A stretch of DNA of 51,133 nt, from positions 1-51,133 of the forward strand of contig NW_024705370.1 in the NCBI RefSeq assembly GCF_018977255.1. The letters run 5' to 3'. Shown here in pieces: positions 25,301 to 34,900 of this stretch. How positions within the stretch are numbered: position 1 is the stretch's first letter; each line of letters starts with the position of its first letter. The position numbers were made by a program, and so were the translations under genes. This DNA comes from Callorhinchus milii (Eukaryota). Below the pieces are notes generated by a model. It saw only the letters and a list, made by a program, of their open reading frames with translations. It ran no database searches and was not told the DNA's origin.

Positions 25301-26696
25301 TTCTTCTTCTTTGGCGAATGAAGACCCAAAGTCACTGTGGTGGTGGTGAAAAAGAGGGGCATTGCTCGTTTCTTTGAGTTTGGAAGGAGCGGAGTGCAAA
25401 ATCCATCGCCCGGCACGGTCATTGACACCGAGGCTACGCGTCATGAATGGTGAGCTGCCAGTCTCAATCTGTGTTTTTATCATTGCAGACCTGTGCTGTA
25501 GATGTGCACGTGGATATGATGGTTTACGGCTGTAAACTGTTAATCGCGTGCAAATATAAAACCGTTAACGTGTATTTTTTTTACTTGTTGGTTAATGTCA
25601 AAGTACAACTTGGGTGTTATGCGAATTTCGACGGTAATTTAACAGGGCCAGGGAGTCAACAGCACTGGTGACGGGGGAAAGGGTTTTCAAGACTAAGTGG
25701 GTATTTTGTTGACATTGGAATTTTATTGCAAGATCTTATTTGTGATGTGTTGCTACCGTTTTTGCCTTGATAAATCAGGAGAAATTGGTCGGAATACGCC
25801 ATTTTTGAAAGGAATTGACTGGATTAGCAACTAGGCATTAATATTATCGCAGATGAAGCCTTTTTTATAATATAGGATGTGACCAAATCATTGCCCAATA
25901 TCAGATTTTGGAAGCACGTTTGAGCCCAGGTATTGCTTGGATGCATATCTACCATGCATAACATAACATGCTGATGGGCTACATGGTCAGCAGCAGATGG
26001 CAGTGCAGATAAACAATCCATTGTTGTACTTGCATGTCTATGCTCCTACAGTGCTCCTGCATGAATCAACCCTCGTTGATTAGCATAGTAAAGTATGGTC
26101 AAGTAACTACCATCGCAACAGGGAACGGGGAGATGTCAAAGGGCTGTGCATATACATGCACAATAGCATGACAAAAGCATAACACAAACATGACTCCCAA
26201 ACAAATATTTTGTTATGCCCTCTTACAACGGCCCTTTCCCCAAGGTATGACTTCTTCCTCGTGAGCCAGTCGGTGCGCCAGGGCACCGTGACACCCACGC
26301 ACTACAATGTGGTGTACGACACCAGCAACATGAAGCCTGACCACATGCAGCGGCTTGCCTACAAGATGTGCCACCTTTACTACAACTGGCCGGTAAGGGG
26401 CTGCATTGAGCTATATCGGAGGTTAATTATTGCAAAAAAAATGACAGCGAATGAATCGAGATGATTCGATGACCAAATGTTTTAACTGATTTTTTTTCTT
26501 TTCTGGATTGTACATAATATGGATTTATACCGTTGGTAAATATTGCAACATTAATTTCAATGTTTTCTTTATCTTGCAGGGTGTCATCTGCGTGCCAGCA
26601 CCCTGCCATTATGCCCACAAACTGGCCTTTCTTGTTGGGCAAAGCATTCACAAGGAGCCCAGCCTTGACCTTTCCGATCGACTGTATTACCTTTAA
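7194..26696 (+). CDS. piwil1: PIWI-like protein 1 (PIWI-clade Argonaute), spliced gene, 20 coding exons
   Basis: Hand-spliced exons with GT-AG boundaries and consistent phases: 7194-7297, 11350-11464, 13199-13336, 14140-14351, 14898-15019, 16669-16749, 17700-17897, 18454-18565, 19546-19672, 20204-20321, 21402-21516, 21641-21828, 22041-22113, 22651-22851, 23322-23425, 23648-23718, 24425-24578, 25324-25449, 26245-26392, 26580-26696. Peptides [61 protein letters not shown] and C-terminal RLYYL match vertebrate PIWIL1. The exons sum to 2624 nt, one base short of 875 codons (frameshift in exon 1). Confidence 0.93.
7380..7863 (+). repeat. Tandem trimer (about 120-136 bp units) of hammerhead-ribozyme-containing repeat
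   Basis: Three near-identical units, each ending CAC-CTGATGA-CGGAG-loop-CTCC-GAAACG; cores at 7481, 7614 and 7737. Confidence 0.85.
7611..7652 (+). ncRNA. Minimal type I hammerhead ribozyme motif (intact copy of the intron 1 trimer)
   Basis: CAC CTGATGA c GGAG..CTCC GAAA C GTC GTG. Confidence 0.65.
7979..8190. mobile_element. Fold-back Penelope-like repeat insertion with minus-strand hammerhead motif (8048-8089)
   Basis: Inverted arms of the family; 13-bp TSD AATTTTCCATTTC at 7966-7978 and 8191-8203. Confidence 0.7.
8764..9077. mobile_element. Tigger/pogo-like MITE
   Basis: CAGGTAGTCCCCAACTTACGATGG ... CCATCGTAAGTCGGGGACGGCGTG-TA; internal GACTTACGA repeats. Confidence 0.65.
9280..9322 (+). 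ncRNA. Minimal type I hammerhead ribozyme motif within Penelope-like insertion 9202-9369
   Basis: TCAC CTGATGA c GGTTGC-TTGTGTT-GCGATC GAAA C GTC GTGA; 11-bp TSD TAAACCATCTC at 9191-9201 and 9370-9380. Confidence 0.7.
10101..10825. mobile_element. Tc1/mariner-pogo non-autonomous element
   Basis: TIR CCGTATTTTCCCGCA / TGCGGGAAAATACGG flanked by TA on both sides. Confidence 0.8.
11350..11464 (+). CDS. piwil1: piwil1 coding exon 2
   Basis: ttttag|[38 protein letters not shown]|gtacgg; LFGRGRQ is conserved in PIWIL1. Confidence 0.8.
12181..12543 (-). mobile_element. Same element, copy 2 (inverted)
   Basis: Reverse complement of copy 1 with a shorter G-rich tract. Confidence 0.6.
13199..13336 (+). 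CDS. piwil1: piwil1 coding exon 3
   Basis: [18 protein letters not shown]...[18 protein letters not shown] boundaries in phase. Confidence 0.88.
13345..13620 (-). mobile_element. Degenerate RTE-like LINE 3' fragment
   Basis: (CAT)n tail at the left end; minus-strand remnants resembling GKRRRP..DDI..LAQDR. Confidence 0.45.
14140..14351 (+). CDS. piwil1: piwil1 coding exon 4 (N domain)
   Basis: [16 protein letters not shown]...[12 protein letters not shown]...[15 protein letters not shown]. Confidence 0.93.
14898..15019 (+). CDS. piwil1: piwil1 coding exon 5
   Basis: [40 protein letters not shown]. Confidence 0.92.
15173..15608. mobile_element. Fold-back Penelope-like insertion with two hammerhead motifs (15272-15321 minus, 15492-15541 plus)
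   Basis: Inverted arms of about 130 bp; 10-bp TSD AAACAAATAC at 15163-15172 and 15609-15618. Confidence 0.75.
15994..16500 (-). mobile_element. Non-autonomous Helitron-like element
   Basis: Minus strand starts TCTTATATAC and ends with hairpin CCGTC-CTTG-GACGG followed by CTAG; internal short repeats; flanks do not show the ideal A/T target. Confidence 0.55.
16669..16749 (+). CDS. piwil1: piwil1 coding exon 6
   Basis: [26 protein letters not shown]. Confidence 0.92.
17700..17897 (+). CDS. piwil1: piwil1 coding exon 7 (L1 / start of PAZ)
   Basis: [38 protein letters not shown]...[10 protein letters not shown]. Confidence 0.93.
18454..18565 (+). CDS. piwil1: piwil1 coding exon 8 (PAZ)
   Basis: [37 protein letters not shown]. 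Confidence 0.93.
18844..19088 (+). mobile_element. Same element, copy 3 (G-tract nearly absent)
   Basis: High identity to copy 1 outside the G-rich tract. Confidence 0.6.
19546..19672 (+). CDS. piwil1: piwil1 coding exon 9 (PAZ)
   Basis: [21 protein letters not shown]...[10 protein letters not shown]. Confidence 0.92.
20204..20321 (+). CDS. piwil1: piwil1 coding exon 10 (L2)
   Basis: [38 protein letters not shown]. Confidence 0.92.
20646..20871. mobile_element. Tigger-like MITE
   Basis: TA-CAGTACAACCTTGGATTGCGAG ... CTCGCAATCCAAGGTTTTATTG-TA. Confidence 0.78.
21402..21516 (+). CDS. piwil1: piwil1 coding exon 11
   Basis: [38 protein letters not shown]. Confidence 0.92.
21641..21828 (+). 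CDS. piwil1: piwil1 coding exon 12 (MID)
   Basis: [36 protein letters not shown]...[13 protein letters not shown]. Confidence 0.92.
22041..22113 (+). CDS. piwil1: piwil1 coding exon 13
   Basis: [24 protein letters not shown]. Confidence 0.9.
22651..22851 (+). CDS. piwil1: piwil1 coding exon 14 (MID 5'-phosphate pocket)
   Basis: [21 protein letters not shown]...PSQCV...[20 protein letters not shown]. Confidence 0.95.
23322..23425 (+). CDS. piwil1: piwil1 coding exon 15 (PIWI domain, first catalytic Asp)
   Basis: [35 protein letters not shown]. Confidence 0.93.
23648..23718 (+). CDS. piwil1: piwil1 coding exon 16
   Basis: [23 protein letters not shown]. Confidence 0.93.
24014..24165. mobile_element. 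Short fold-back insertion of the same repeat family (no ribozyme core)
   Basis: CTTGGTTCTTTCGGTAAAGTCACGTAGAAG...CTTCTACGTGACTTTACCGAAAGAACCAAG; 12-bp TSD AAATCACATGTT at 24002-24013 and 24166-24177. Confidence 0.75.
24425..24578 (+). CDS. piwil1: piwil1 coding exon 17
   Basis: [47 protein letters not shown]. Confidence 0.95.
25027..25076 (+). ncRNA. Minimal type I hammerhead ribozyme motif (best copy), piwil1 intron 17
   Basis: TTCTTCAC CTGAGGA c GGCTGC-TTGCGTT-GTGGCC GAAA C GTC GTGAGAA; stem I TCAC/GTGA plus TTC/GAA; predicted cleavage after C25069. Confidence 0.75.
25324..25449 (+). CDS. piwil1: piwil1 coding exon 18
   Basis: [17 protein letters not shown]...[18 protein letters not shown]. 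Confidence 0.93.
26245..26392 (+). CDS. piwil1: piwil1 coding exon 19
   Basis: [25 protein letters not shown]...[17 protein letters not shown]. Confidence 0.95.
26580..26696 (+). CDS. piwil1: piwil1 final coding exon 20
   Basis: [42 protein letters not shown]. Confidence 0.95.
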   Translation, partial: GVICVPAPCHYAHKLAFLVGQSIHKEPSLDLSDRLYYL

Positions 26697-27091
26697 GACA
26701 TCGTATCGGGTTCATGGCTATGTGTGGTAGTTGGATGACCATTTCCGACACGTGTCAGAGGTCCTTTAGAGAAGAAAACAAGTAATGTTTGCTCAGCTTG
26801 AAAGATATTTTTATTTCCAAAGTTGAATGGTCAAAGCTTAATTCTGATTCGAAACGATACATTAAACGCATATTTTTCTAAAATATTGGGAAAATAACAT
26901 GGAAACTGCAAAACAATGGAGATAACATTGTCCATTTTACATCCCGTTTTGTAGCAACAGTCCCATTACCGATTTTGTAGTGGTTTTGTTTTTGTATGTG
27001 GTTTATTGTCTAAGCATTCGGTAATTTACAATTTGTCCCTCAACCAGCAAGTTAGCAAAGCAAGCAACTTTGACAGTTGTAAATTGGGCAG

Positions 27092-27285
27092 GGCCGCCAT
27101 GGTGGCGAGATGTGAACTACCTCGCCTGGTATACAGGTCGTGGGTTCGATCCCAACCCCGATGCCTATATATTTGGAGTTTGCATGTTCGCTCTGGTTGT
27201 GTGCATTTTTCTCCAGGACCTCTGGTTTTTCCCTCAACATTTTATAAACATGTTTTTAGATTATTTGGCTGCTATAAATTTCCAC
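27092..27285 (+). mobile_element. tRNA-derived SINE
   Basis: A-box-like TGGTGGCGAGATG, B-box GGTTCGATCCC, followed by GGAGTTTGCATGTT typical of aquatic-vertebrate SINE cores. Confidence 0.6.
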
Positions 27286-27610
27286 ATGATGAGCCACTTT
27301 GTTGCGCTATCATTTGTGGCCAGGTCGCTTCTGAAAAAGTGCTATGTAGATCAGTGGGCCTTACCTGGTAATATCAAAACACCTTAATAGAACCTTCCAT
27401 CAATTTATATTTTCTATTTTATTTGGAATGGAATCCTGAGGAGCATGGTAACATCCTTGAGCCAATGCTTTGCATATGAACTATTTAGAATTTACGTGTG
27501 GCTGTTGAAAGGCATTTATTTCAAAGGAATGGCAAGAATTTGTGTCTTCTTGGTTCTTTCGGTAAAGTCACGTAGAATGGAAATAATAAAAATAAAACAT
27601 AATAAAATAA

Positions 27611-27660
27611 TTCTCACGACGTTTCGGCCACAACGCAAGCAGCCGTCCTCAGGTGAAGAA
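27611..27660 (-). ncRNA. Minimal type I hammerhead ribozyme motif within insertion 27546-27699
   Basis: Exact reverse complement of 25027-25076; 11-bp TSD AGAATTTGTGT at 27535-27545 and 27700-27710. Confidence 0.72.
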
Positions 27661-28225
27661 CAGGTCTGTCAGAAAGACAGCGTCTGAATGAACACCACCA
27701 GAATTTGTGTTTTAGATTAATTCTAAACCTATGTTCCATCGGCATGTGAGCTTATATAGCAAAATATTCACATGGAGTGTAAATGGTTATCTGTTTAGTT
27801 AGAGGCTCAGTCTTTTGGATATAACCACACTGATTTCTTGTGAGTGATATTTTGAAAGGTGCATCCTTTATGGAATTTAAATGTTTTGTTCAATTTGAAG
27901 TTGTTTGTACAAGAGGCATGCTGAAGATCTCATGGCGTTTCGCAAGAGTATTGACCATTGTGTGCTGACGCATACAGGGACTCGACTTACGAACGAGTTA
28001 GGTTATTGAGTTCTGTTCCTAAGTCGTTTTTTTTCGCAAGTCCAACTTTTTACACCTGTCGATTCCAAACATGCACGGCATGTACACTTCACACGGAGTG
28101 GCTTTAAAAGTTGTATATTCTGCTGTAGATGTCACTGGTTCTTCATGAGCAGATATAGATGCCACCACCATCTATTGTGCGGCCGTTGGACTTAAGACTC
28201 GGTCTGAACAGGCAACTTGGACATA

Positions 28226-28922
28226 CAGTGAGGGAAAAAAGTATTTGATCCCCTACTGATTTTGTACGTTTGCCCACTGACAAAGAAATGATCAGTGTAT
28301 AATTTTAATGGTAGGTTTATTTGAACAGTGAGAGACAGAATAACAACAAAATCCAGAAAAACGCATGTCAAAAATGTTATAAATTGATTTGCATTTTAAT
28401 GAGGGAAATAAGTATTTCACCCCTCTGCAAAACATGACTTAGTACTTGGTGGCAAAACCCTTGTTGGCAATCACAGAAGTCAGACGTTTCTTGTAGTTGT
28501 CCACCAGGTTTGCACACATCTCAGGAGGGATTTTGTCCCACTCTGCAGATCTTCTCCAAGTCATTAATGTTTCGAGGTTGACATTTGGCAACTTGAACCT
28601 TCAGCTCCCTCCGCAGATTTTCTATGGGATTAAGGTCTGGAGACTGGCTAGGCCACTCCAGGACCTTAATGTGCTTCTTGTTCCCTTGGCCGTGTATTTT
28701 GGGTCATTGTCATGCTGGAATACCCATCCACGACCCATTTTCAATGCCCTGGCTGAGGGAAGGATGTTCTTGCCCAAGATTTGACGGTACATGGCCCCGT
28801 CCATCGTCGCTGAAGCGGTGAAGTTGTCCTGTCCCCTTAGCAGAAAAACACCCCCAAAGCATAATGTTTCCACCTCCATGTTTGACGGTGGGGATGGTGT
28901 TATTGGGGTCATAGGCAGCATT
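28226..28922 (-). mobile_element. Tc1-like transposon, 3' part with decayed transposase, truncated by the N gap
   Basis: TA-CAGTGAGGGAAAAAAGTATTTG TIR; minus-strand peptide [35 protein letters not shown]; frameshifts. Confidence 0.9.
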
Positions 28923-28952
28923 NNNNNNNNNNNNNNNNNNNNNNNNNNNNNN
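28923..28952. other. Assembly gap (30 N)
   Basis: Run of n. Confidence 0.99.
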
Positions 28953-31900
28953 CAGGGGCTAATCCGAACCTTCTTCTCGAGGTTTCATTGATAGCGGACT
29001 CGGCTAGGTAACGTGTAAAGCCAGTCGAACCGACGTCTCAGTTGTAGTTTTCTAATGGAGTATACAACAAACGGCTCCACCAATTTGCGTGACACAAGGC
29101 AAGCCTATGGATTTGTAATAATCTTATAAGGGAGCATCACACGTAAGAGGGAGGAACCTATCTGTACGGTCAGTACAGCATACACCTGACATGCTACTCA
29201 AACTGCTAATGATCTGGTCATCTGGATATGACCCTGCCGTAAGGGGCCCCGGTCATACTGGATACCAGGTTATAAGACGACAAGTATTCGATATTTTCCG
29301 CGTCCCCATAGATACTCAACACCTATAATGATCGTCCCGAGGGGATCATACCGGGAGAGACAAACGTAGTCGGTACAGCAAAGGCGCATCCTATACGATG
29401 AACATCAGAGATAGTAATATCACATAAAATAGTTTAGCGCAGCAGACTCTGTAGGTAATTCGGAAACGTTAACACCTGGGCTGAGTAGAGGCTATCCTGT
29501 CGCATGCGGGACCGTAGCGAAAGCGTGAATTAGCTATACGACCCCTCCTACTGCGCGCCATCTCTAGGCCTGATATGCATTAATCCAAACACGGGCTTTG
29601 CGGAACGGTAGCGCTACTATTATACTGATCTGCGCTTATGTATGCATCGAAAACGAGCCTAAGCCCTAACTTGTTCGATGACCTCCTATTAAGTGTCCGA
29701 CAATAGAATATCACTGCAAGCAATGCGCCTTGAACGGTTTATGAAACGGTCGTGTCCGCCACAGGCACGCGGATCATCAGACGAGCATAATAAATGAACA
29801 AATAGCGACCAGGGAGCTTTGCGATGTTGGGCTATACCTCCATACTTTAGCAAGCGATCTTCCGACTGCCGTAGGCAGTTTTGAAGTGTGCCCGATGCTG
29901 TGACTAGAGATCAGCTTCGGAGTTATCCGCCGTCCCCGCTTGACTCACATCTAAAGCGTGTTTACCATGACATATAGCTCAGGGAATTTAGTATGGGGAG
30001 CCTGACAATTAAAATATGTTGGGTGCTTCCCCTAGTACTCATAAACGCCAAATGGGTGCGGCCCTGCGCCAGGTGGCGGTGGGGACCCCCAAACCCAGCC
30101 GCTGGTGGAGCATCGCTAGTAGGGTCGGCTGGGCTTTACCTGGCTATTCTGGACCAGTTAGTAGGAGGGTTTGCCCCGGTTTCGCGAACCTGGGAACGTT
30201 ACCGAAGTGACCTAAAAGATAGTCCTTCTAAGGAGGCCAATGAGCCTTATGTTAGATGAGGAGAAAACCAATGAAAAAGTGATATAAGCCTTTTGTCTCC
30301 GTGCTAGACAAAAGACACTTCCTGATCAGGGGACGACTTATATGACGAGTCGGTATTTCACTGTCACGAAACTGAATATGTGTGGGGAGATAAGTCCCCG
30401 TAGCACATCACTCTCAAGCATGTGACGATACACCAGCGAAACGCTTTTAGGAGCTCAGATTCATTGATAATAGTGCGCGGGTGTTTGTCGGAAGTGACTC
30501 AAGTCCATGTAACGCACTGTCCTCTTAAGCCGTGGAAATTGACATTTGGGAGGTTCTCACGCCTGCACTATCCCAGGTGAACCCTATGGAAACTTTCGAA
30601 CAGAATGACCAGGCTTTCGCGCCACCGCATGCAGGTGGCTAAGATTTATCCTGATTGGAATCGTATCCGGGACATTCAATAATTGAATGGCCGACGAACT
30701 CGACTTCGCCGCGCGGCGTCTCATTATACTGAAACCCGCACACAGCCAGGACCTGTGGTCACGTCGCCTTCGCCATGAGGTATCTGTCGGATGAGTGTGG
30801 GGTTCCAGACTTTCCCTAGAATGCACAGGTGTTCTATGTTGCAAGTCCAACTCAATTCTTCAAGCCTATGCTTAAGAGGCATGCGATGTCGAGTTAAAAC
30901 TAGTGATAATCAGTTAGCTAAAACCTGGACTAATTCCATAAATGGATGCGCAGCGAGGTCTAATAGTCTTTCATGTCGCGTTCTAGGTTTTGGACTCTAC
31001 ACCTGGGGCTCCGTAGTTTCCGGTGAGGTTGAAGGTGTCGATACATCTCTACCAATGCTAAAGATAATGAACTCTGTCCAGATGACGTCGAGACCCACTA
31101 CTGCGCATTACTGTACAGGCTGTGGTTAGCCATTGTTCGAGCTTCGTACATTAAAAGAAACATTTACTCATGAACTCGCTGGTTATTCTGTCGAAGGCTG
31201 AGTTGAATACTTCTACCACCACCGCGTTGGTGCAACAGAGCCACGTTTGCAATAAAGTTTTACGTAAAGTAAGTCATCCAAGCCTCGATCGGGGACGGCC
31301 ACAATCGGCGCCTCCCTTATAAACGGACTGGAACTCAATACATTCCGAGCGTGGGGATAAACCTGAGCATTCGAATACCCGCTGGGCAAGGGGTTTTAGT
31401 CGCACTGCCCTCTTGGAGCCAGCATACGTTAACCCGACAAGAATGAACACTTATGCAATCATGTGGACAGATGTAGCATGCTATCCTTCAAAGTATGGGT
31501 ATGTCGGCTAGGTTATAGCGTTCGTTAGCAGTATTGTCGGATCAAATCGAAAATCGACATTCCCATCGTAATGAAGGGGTAAGTAATTCCGCTGGTGTCA
31601 CAGGCAGCAGATACGAATCGGAATAAGCACGTCGTTGAGCCCATGAACTAACGATGAAAGTGACTAAGAGGTCGGCGAAGTTAGTAACTGGAGTGTGGGT
31701 TCTCGGCTCCAGGGATAATTACAGAGGAAAGATTAGCTGACGGTTATCCTTAGGCTGTGGAGTAGGCTGAATGCAGGTCTGGTTGTCTCCCGTACAATAG
31801 GGCTCGCGTGCCCGATAGCTAAAGTTTTTAAAAACCGAACATTTATCTGCGGAGAACCGCCTAGGGAAGTGACTAGAGCAGAATTGCGTACTTGTACATG

Positions 31901-34900
31901 CATCCCGCGGATCTTAACCGGGGGGAAACACTCTAACGCCACCAGTGGACTAATTATTGACTACGCACGTCTGGGTCGGTATTAGATCCACGCGACCCAC
32001 AATCGCCTTGATATGTAAAACCAGCACATCGTGGGAGGTTAAGCCGTCGGAGCCAGATTCAGGGCACTATATTGTACAAATATCACGTCATCGATTAGTA
32101 CGCATTTAATAGAAGAAAGCATACGGGATAAGAACATCGGATCTGATGCCCTCCGCCAAGAGAGGCACCAGTAGTTGTGCCCACAACCACCATCGCAGAC
32201 CTGCCGAGCCTCGCTGGCTTTCTCACAGGCTGCAATCCTACTGCGGCGCCTCAGTTCACGTAGGAAAACTAGTTACCAGCTCGACCGTGACAGTTTGTGG
32301 GGTCTAAGGACCCTCCCGTGCGCTCGATTATATCACAATTTTCGTAAGTATACACTATGCTTCACTCGAATGATATCTGCCGTATGAGATTAGCACATAG
32401 CACAGTGCGCAGCTTCGGGGACCATAGTAATTACTTAAGAGTTAAAATGGACGGCTAACCCTTCAGGACTACGTCATACCGGCGAATGCGGCGAGCAACC
32501 GCGTTCCACTGTTAACAACAACTGAAACAGCAGTATTTTGGCTAATTCCGGTTAGATCAGCATTGCACCCACCCTGGACTTCAATCTTAGTCTCCACGGG
32601 AAGGGAGTGTCTGTTACCACAGGCTCACTCAACGGCTGAAGCCTCAAACGGGAGATATGTGAGCATAAAAGAAGCAGATGCGCTCTGCTCGTGGAGGTTG
32701 AGGGATGTATACAAGTGACTCATGCGGTGTCAGTTATTCGGTGAGAAACCATAATAAAGGCCACTGGGGATCATTCGCTTCTTTTTTGTGGTAAACTCAA
32801 AACCTGAATTAGTACCAATTTTGCAAGGATGGCATTCGCTTGGCTTCATACGTGACTGCCCCTTCCTAGTGTACATTGGCCTGATCGCTCTCCCACGCGA
32901 CGGCTGCCGCTAAAAGGTCATAGTCAGGAGGCGAATAACCCAAAAGTCGAAGAGGGGAAGAGGTGAAGAGTCACACGGGAAGTTGGTGGTTGGACTAGTT
33001 CTGGAGTCTATCGCGAAATCCGGAATATATACCGCGATGTATTTGATGGTCATGTGATGTCATCAGAATTTCGAGAGTAATGCCGCTTGCGGTCCCACAA
33101 TTAGGTAAAATGGTTACCTACTCTGCCTATTTAGAAAGGGGGCAGCAAGATAGTGGGGCCGTCTTTACCGTCATCACGAACTCAGTGTTAACCTGGGCTG
33201 ATCAGTATGACGATCGGTGCATGCACAAACATATAAATGCTAGTCGCCTGAACATTGGGGGTGTCACTGAATTTATAGGTTGCGCCCTCCAGACCAACGT
33301 ACATGTCTATACGATAGGACTAGTATTCCTTCATCACCCGTCAGCGCCCCCTTCTGTCTTCTCTTCAGACACAGATAGCCGCAAAATAATTGGTGTGTTA
33401 TTACTACGGAAGATGGTGGGTGCAGAACCACAACCCTGTTAGCAACTTGTATTCGTTGTGTAGCCCCCGACACGATGTGCCTCCTAAATCCCAGTATCCC
33501 TCAGTAGAAGCTGACGCAGACAGAAAAGCATGACCAAACCAGAACGCATCTGAGGGCTTAATGGTAAGTTCAGATCTTGCTACGACGCGTAGTGACGGTT
33601 TCGATGTTTTCGCGATGGACGCTTACTTAATGGTCATCGTAGGGGAGTAGGCCGGAGCCTGTACTCGAAATCCCCCGGAAAATAACAAGAACGCCGGGGC
33701 GCGTCATGTGCCCAATAAGAAGCCGCTAGCTACTCCTAACAACATGAATTAGTGAACTTGTTTGGACTAGCTATGGATTCCTTCGCGAGAAACTCGAGCC
33801 ATCCCTCCTAAGGAACTCACAGTCCCATTCTACTTTCATTGTCATGCGGGCTTTGAGCCCACCAATCTAGTGACTAATTTTATTTCGTAGAGTAAGGGGT
33901 AGAGCCCCGAAGCGCGACGTGTGCTTCCCGCATGGTTGGTTGATATGTATGCCGAGACCCCTTTAAATCCTACTTCGGTATCAATACAACCTACAGATTA
34001 CAGACCATACGATGTTGTATCGGAGTATCGAACCGAAGTAATGCTACTCAGATCATAAATTATCAAGCGGTACCCCGCTAACATGTCTGGGAGTTCCGGG
34101 TATCGCTAAACACTCGGATCATAATGCCGCGCAGGAGGAACCTCGCCCATTGTGTAAATAGCGCCTGAAAGCTTAGTTAACGCCCTAAAAGGCGGACAGA
34201 AACGAAGCACATGGCGTTTTTCATTCGTGCGGTTGAAAACCGCAAGATGACGTAAGTACAGGAAATTCAAACTCGAGACCAAGCATGTTGGATGTTACCC
34301 TGACGTGGAGGTGGGCGTCCGGTCGTGAACGTCCAGGCGCTCGATAAGGGGAAGTTTGACTTAATCGAGTCCCCGTATTCTTGGAACCAGGAGCGTTAGC
34401 ACGCCTCGCCCACCTCGTTACAAAGCAATTTGCTGTCAACAACTATGATAGGTGTGGAAGTGTTATACTCTATGTGAGGAATAATCTCCCTAAGACGCTT
34501 GGTCCGTCTCAAGCTCGTAATGTACGCTGGCACGTGACGCGAGATGTCGAGTTTAGGTAGCGGATTTCAGCATTGAAATTACTTCTTTTGTAACATGGTG
34601 AGTTGTATCTTCATGGTTCATAAGCGAATCAACCAACGACATCAAGAGCTTTATCAGGGGATTTCTAAAAGCCGAATGGGAGTAAAGGAGTTCGCATTCT
34701 ATCGGAGTCTCTACGGCGCGTTTACTGGGCTATGGTATAAATCCTCATACGATGAGCCCGAATGGAGGTACTGGCTCCCACTGATGAAACCCTCACCTAC
34801 AAATCCAACTTTTGACTGTCTGACTATAATGATCGAATCTGCCACAATAAGTTGTACGGACTTTATGAGTTACCTATTGGTCGCGTATTATCAACTGAGC

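Noticed and set aside
7194..26696. Prokaryotic Argonaute or AGO-clade assignment
   Set aside because: Spliceosomal introns plus PIWI-clade signatures (RG N-terminus, [14 protein letters not shown]) indicate PIWIL1-like
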